Shown one piece after another: positions 61,555-64,000 of a stretch of 64,000 nucleotides of DNA. The position numbers were made by a program, and so were the translations under genes. Numbering within the stretch: the first letter of the stretch is position 1; each line of letters opens with the position of its first letter. The stretch is from Methanocaldococcus sp. 28A (GTDB taxonomy: Archaea > AGJL01 > Methanococci > Methanococcales > Methanocaldococcaceae), in assembly GCA_049852185.1 (NCBI GenBank), contig CP187540.1. One strand, 5' to 3'. A model generated the notes under the pieces. It worked only from the letters and a program-made list of their open reading frames with translations, had not been told where the DNA came from and did not search any database.

Positions 61555-62736
61555 ATGGATATTGTTAATGCATTCAATAAATTAATAAAAATAATAACAT
61601 GGATTAGCATTGCATCATTAATAGGTATTGTTGGGGGTTTAAGTTCAGTAATCATGGCTATAATTATAGAGTATTTTCCAGAAAAACATAACATTTTTTT
61701 AATTCCACTTGTATTTTTTATTGCTGGGTTATTTGTTGATTATTTTTATGAATTAAAGGGTTCTGGGATTGATAGAGTTTTAAAAGCTTTAAATATTAAT
61801 GAAAGATTAACTTGGGTAAAAGGGCTTTTAAAGATTTTGTTAGCTGGAGCTATTATTGCTGTAGGTGGTAGTGCTGGAAAAGAGGGACCTTGCGTGCAGT
61901 CGAGCGCATCTTTTGCTGATGAGCTATACAGATTATTAAGACTAAAAAATAGAGAGTTAGTTATTATAACAGGAATTGCTGGAGGACTTGGAGGAGCATT
62001 TGCTGCTCCTTTAGGAACAGCCATATTATCATGTGAGATTATTGAGCATGAGAATTTTAATTATATCAACTTACTTCCCCCAATCATTGCAAGTGTTGTT
62101 GGCTATATAATCTTCTATCTAATTACTGGAAAAAAACATCTTTTTGATGTTTATTTGCCTTATTCAGTGCATCCATTTGATTTTATTCTATTTATTGTAG
62201 CATCATTTTTCTGTTCGGCTATATCATATTGTTATATAAAAACCTACAGAAAAATAGCAACAACTTTTGATAATTTTAAAGTTCCTTATTGCATTAAAAC
62301 ATTAATTGGTGGAATTTTAGTGGCTACAATTGGATATTTTGTTCCAGAAGTTTTAGGTATGGGTTTAGAACTTACAAAAGATTTATTTTTCATGAAATTT
62401 TCCTTAGAGTTATTAATATTAATATTAATTGGAAAGATATTAGCAACATCATTTACTGTTGGTTCTGGAGTGCCAGGAGGGCTAATGATTCCATCTATGT
62501 GCATTGGGGCAATTTCTGGGTTGATATTTAGCTATATAATAGGGGTTAATCCAATCCCATTTATTGTCTTAGGGATAGCCACTTCTTTATCAGCTTCTAC
62601 TAACGCTCCATTGGGTGGAGCTGTATTATGCATAGAGATTTTTGGCTTTGATTTTGCAGTTCCGGCTTCTATAGGAGCAGTTATTGGATATCAAATGACA
62701 AAATTTGAAACAATATTTAAGTATGTAAGATTCTAA
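61555..62736 (+). CDS. CLC family chloride channel/transporter
   Basis: GSGI, GKEGP, GGLMIP motifs. Confidence 0.9.
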   Translation: MDIVNAFNKLIKIITWISIASLIGIVGGLSSVIMAIIIEYFPEKHNIFLIPLVFFIAGLFVDYFYELKGSGIDRVLKALNINERLTWVKGLLKILLAGAIIAVGGSAGKEGPCVQSSASFADELYRLLRLKNRELVIITGIAGGLGGAFAAPLGTAILSCEIIEHENFNYINLLPPIIASVVGYIIFYLITGKKHLFDVYLPYSVHPFDFILFIVASFFCSAISYCYIKTYRKIATTFDNFKVPYCIKTLIGGILVATIGYFVPEVLGMGLELTKDLFFMKFSLELLILILIGKILATSFTVGSGVPGGLMIPSMCIGAISGLIFSYIIGVNPIPFIVLGIATSLSASTNAPLGGAVLCIEIFGFDFAVPASIGAVIGYQMTKFETIFKYVRF

Positions 62737-62768
62737 ATTCAAAAATAGAATAAAAAAGAAAAAAAGGT

Positions 62769-62954
62769 TTAATTCAAATTTAGAATTTTCTTTAACTTTT
62801 CACAGTTTGGGATTTCAATTTCATCTATGGGATATTCTTCTTTTAATAATTCTAATATTGTCATTATGTCTTTTCCAATACATACTTCACATTTTATACA
62901 GAGCTCATTATCATTTGTAAAATTATCATCTTTGCAAATTACTTTTAGTTTCAT
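62769..62954 (-). CDS. Small hypothetical protein
   Basis: ~61-aa ORF co-oriented with trx, contains CxxC. Confidence 0.55.
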   Translation of the reverse strand: MKLKVICKDDNFTNDNELCIKCEVCIGKDIMTILELLKEEYPIDEIEIPNCEKLKKILNLN

Positions 62955-63047
62955 ACATTTCACTTTTAAAAATTTTAAAAATAAAAGTTTAATACTCTAA
63001 TGAGAGTATTATATATTCCATATCTCCACAGAACAAAATAAATTAAC

Positions 63048-63305
63048 TTATAATCTTTTTTTAATTGCTTCAACTAATGCCTCTTTTGTAGGAGCTCCAA
63101 TAAACTCAACTTCCCCATTTATTACAATGGTAGGTACTGCCATTATTCCATATTCCATAGCTTTTTGTGGATTTTCCATAACATTTATATACTCTACTTC
63201 AACAGTGTCAGGCATTTCGTTAGCTACTTCTTCAACAACTCTTTTAGCTGCAGGACAGTGAGGACACATTGGTGATGTAAAGAGTTCAATTTTTACTTTT
63301 GACAT
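63048..63305 (-). CDS. trx: Thioredoxin (MJ0307-like)
   Basis: CPHC active site, VPT. Confidence 0.92.
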   Translation of the reverse strand: MSKVKIELFTSPMCPHCPAAKRVVEEVANEMPDTVEVEYINVMENPQKAMEYGIMAVPTIVINGEVEFIGAPTKEALVEAIKKRL

Positions 63306-63423
63306 ATTTAATCCCCAAATTTTACTAATTAATCACATAGATTATTTTTGCTAAAATTTTTATAAATAGTTTTTCCTTAAAAAATTAGAAAGTATTAGAA
63401 ATTTAAGAACTTATTTATTTAAT

Positions 63424-63999
63424 TTAGTGGCTATCACATGTCCATACTTGTCTGAAGTGTTCAATTGCTTCGACAATATCTTTCAATTTTTCTGGTGGGA
63501 AAGCTACAACGACTTCTCCTGGCTTTATTCCAGCGTATTTTCTTGAACCGTTACAACCTAATGTCATGTTAGGTGCTTTTCTTGTATAAACTGCTGCAAC
63601 GGCATCAGCACATAATGACTGGATTCCTGAGAAATCAGCTTGGAATCTTCCACCTTTGTGGTAGAGCATTGCCTGAACTAATCTTAACGCATACAATGGC
63701 TCTCCTATAAATACTATTGAATCTGGAATAAAATCTGTTTCATCTAATGGGGCATAAACAGATGCATAAATCTCATCTTCAACTTTTGGTATGGCTTCAA
63801 CGGTTTTTTTAGCAGCTTCTTCATCCTTAAAGTTTCCTAATTTAACATATAATTTTCCTGTTGCCAATGGCTCTGGTGGGTTTCTAAAGACACCAATTGC
63901 ATAAGCCCCTCCCTTACAGAGATGTTTATCTAATGTCGCATATATTTTCTTTCTCTCTAATCTTGCAAGTTGAATCATTTCACAGTGTCTTTTTTCTTC
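63424..63999 (-). CDS. DUF169 family protein (5' partial)
   Basis: HCEM, CKGGAYAIG, QSLCAD, LGCNGSR; frame continues off the window. Confidence 0.8.
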   Translation of the reverse strand, partial: EEKRHCEMIQLARLERKKIYATLDKHLCKGGAYAIGVFRNPPEPLATGKLYVKLGNFKDEEAAKKTVEAIPKVEDEIYASVYAPLDETDFIPDSIVFIGEPLYALRLVQAMLYHKGGRFQADFSGIQSLCADAVAAVYTRKAPNMTLGCNGSRKYAGIKPGEVVVAFPPEKLKDIVEAIEHFRQVWTCDSH

Positions 64000-64000
64000 T

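Overview
Low-GC archaeal chromosome segment from a hyperthermophilic Methanocaldococcus-like methanogen. Proteins closely resemble M. jannaschii orthologues; MJ numbers are recalled from memory, not from a search. The window opens with a selenoprotein island: the hdrA 3' end, vhuD (2 UGA), vhuG, vhuA, vhuU (UGA), vhuB and fwdB (UGA). It carries three canonical archaeal SECIS hairpins plus one degenerate one after hdrA. The rest is mostly housekeeping genes (mre11/rad50, map, guaAA, cbiF, pyrB, liv ABC, pheA, leuS, purO, SRP RNA, ftsZ, tetraether synthase, purE, atpD, nth, lhr, fbp, hisE, ribH, trx), with two families of ~80-110 bp palindromic MITE-like repeats and IS debris. Best leads: (1) a ~360-bp IS607/TnpB-derived element at 29096-29456 reduced to promoter + structured GC-rich RNA + ends, a candidate stand-alone omega/guide RNA; it truncates an fdhA-like gene and has a miniature inverted partner at ~25958-26051. 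(2) A kink-turn signature at the base of the hdrA and vhuD SECIS stems. (3) A KamA-family enzyme with the Lys/Asn signature of glutamate 2,3-aminomutase. (4) An apparently empty Argonaute site next to rad50. No CRISPR array, tRNA or rRNA was seen.
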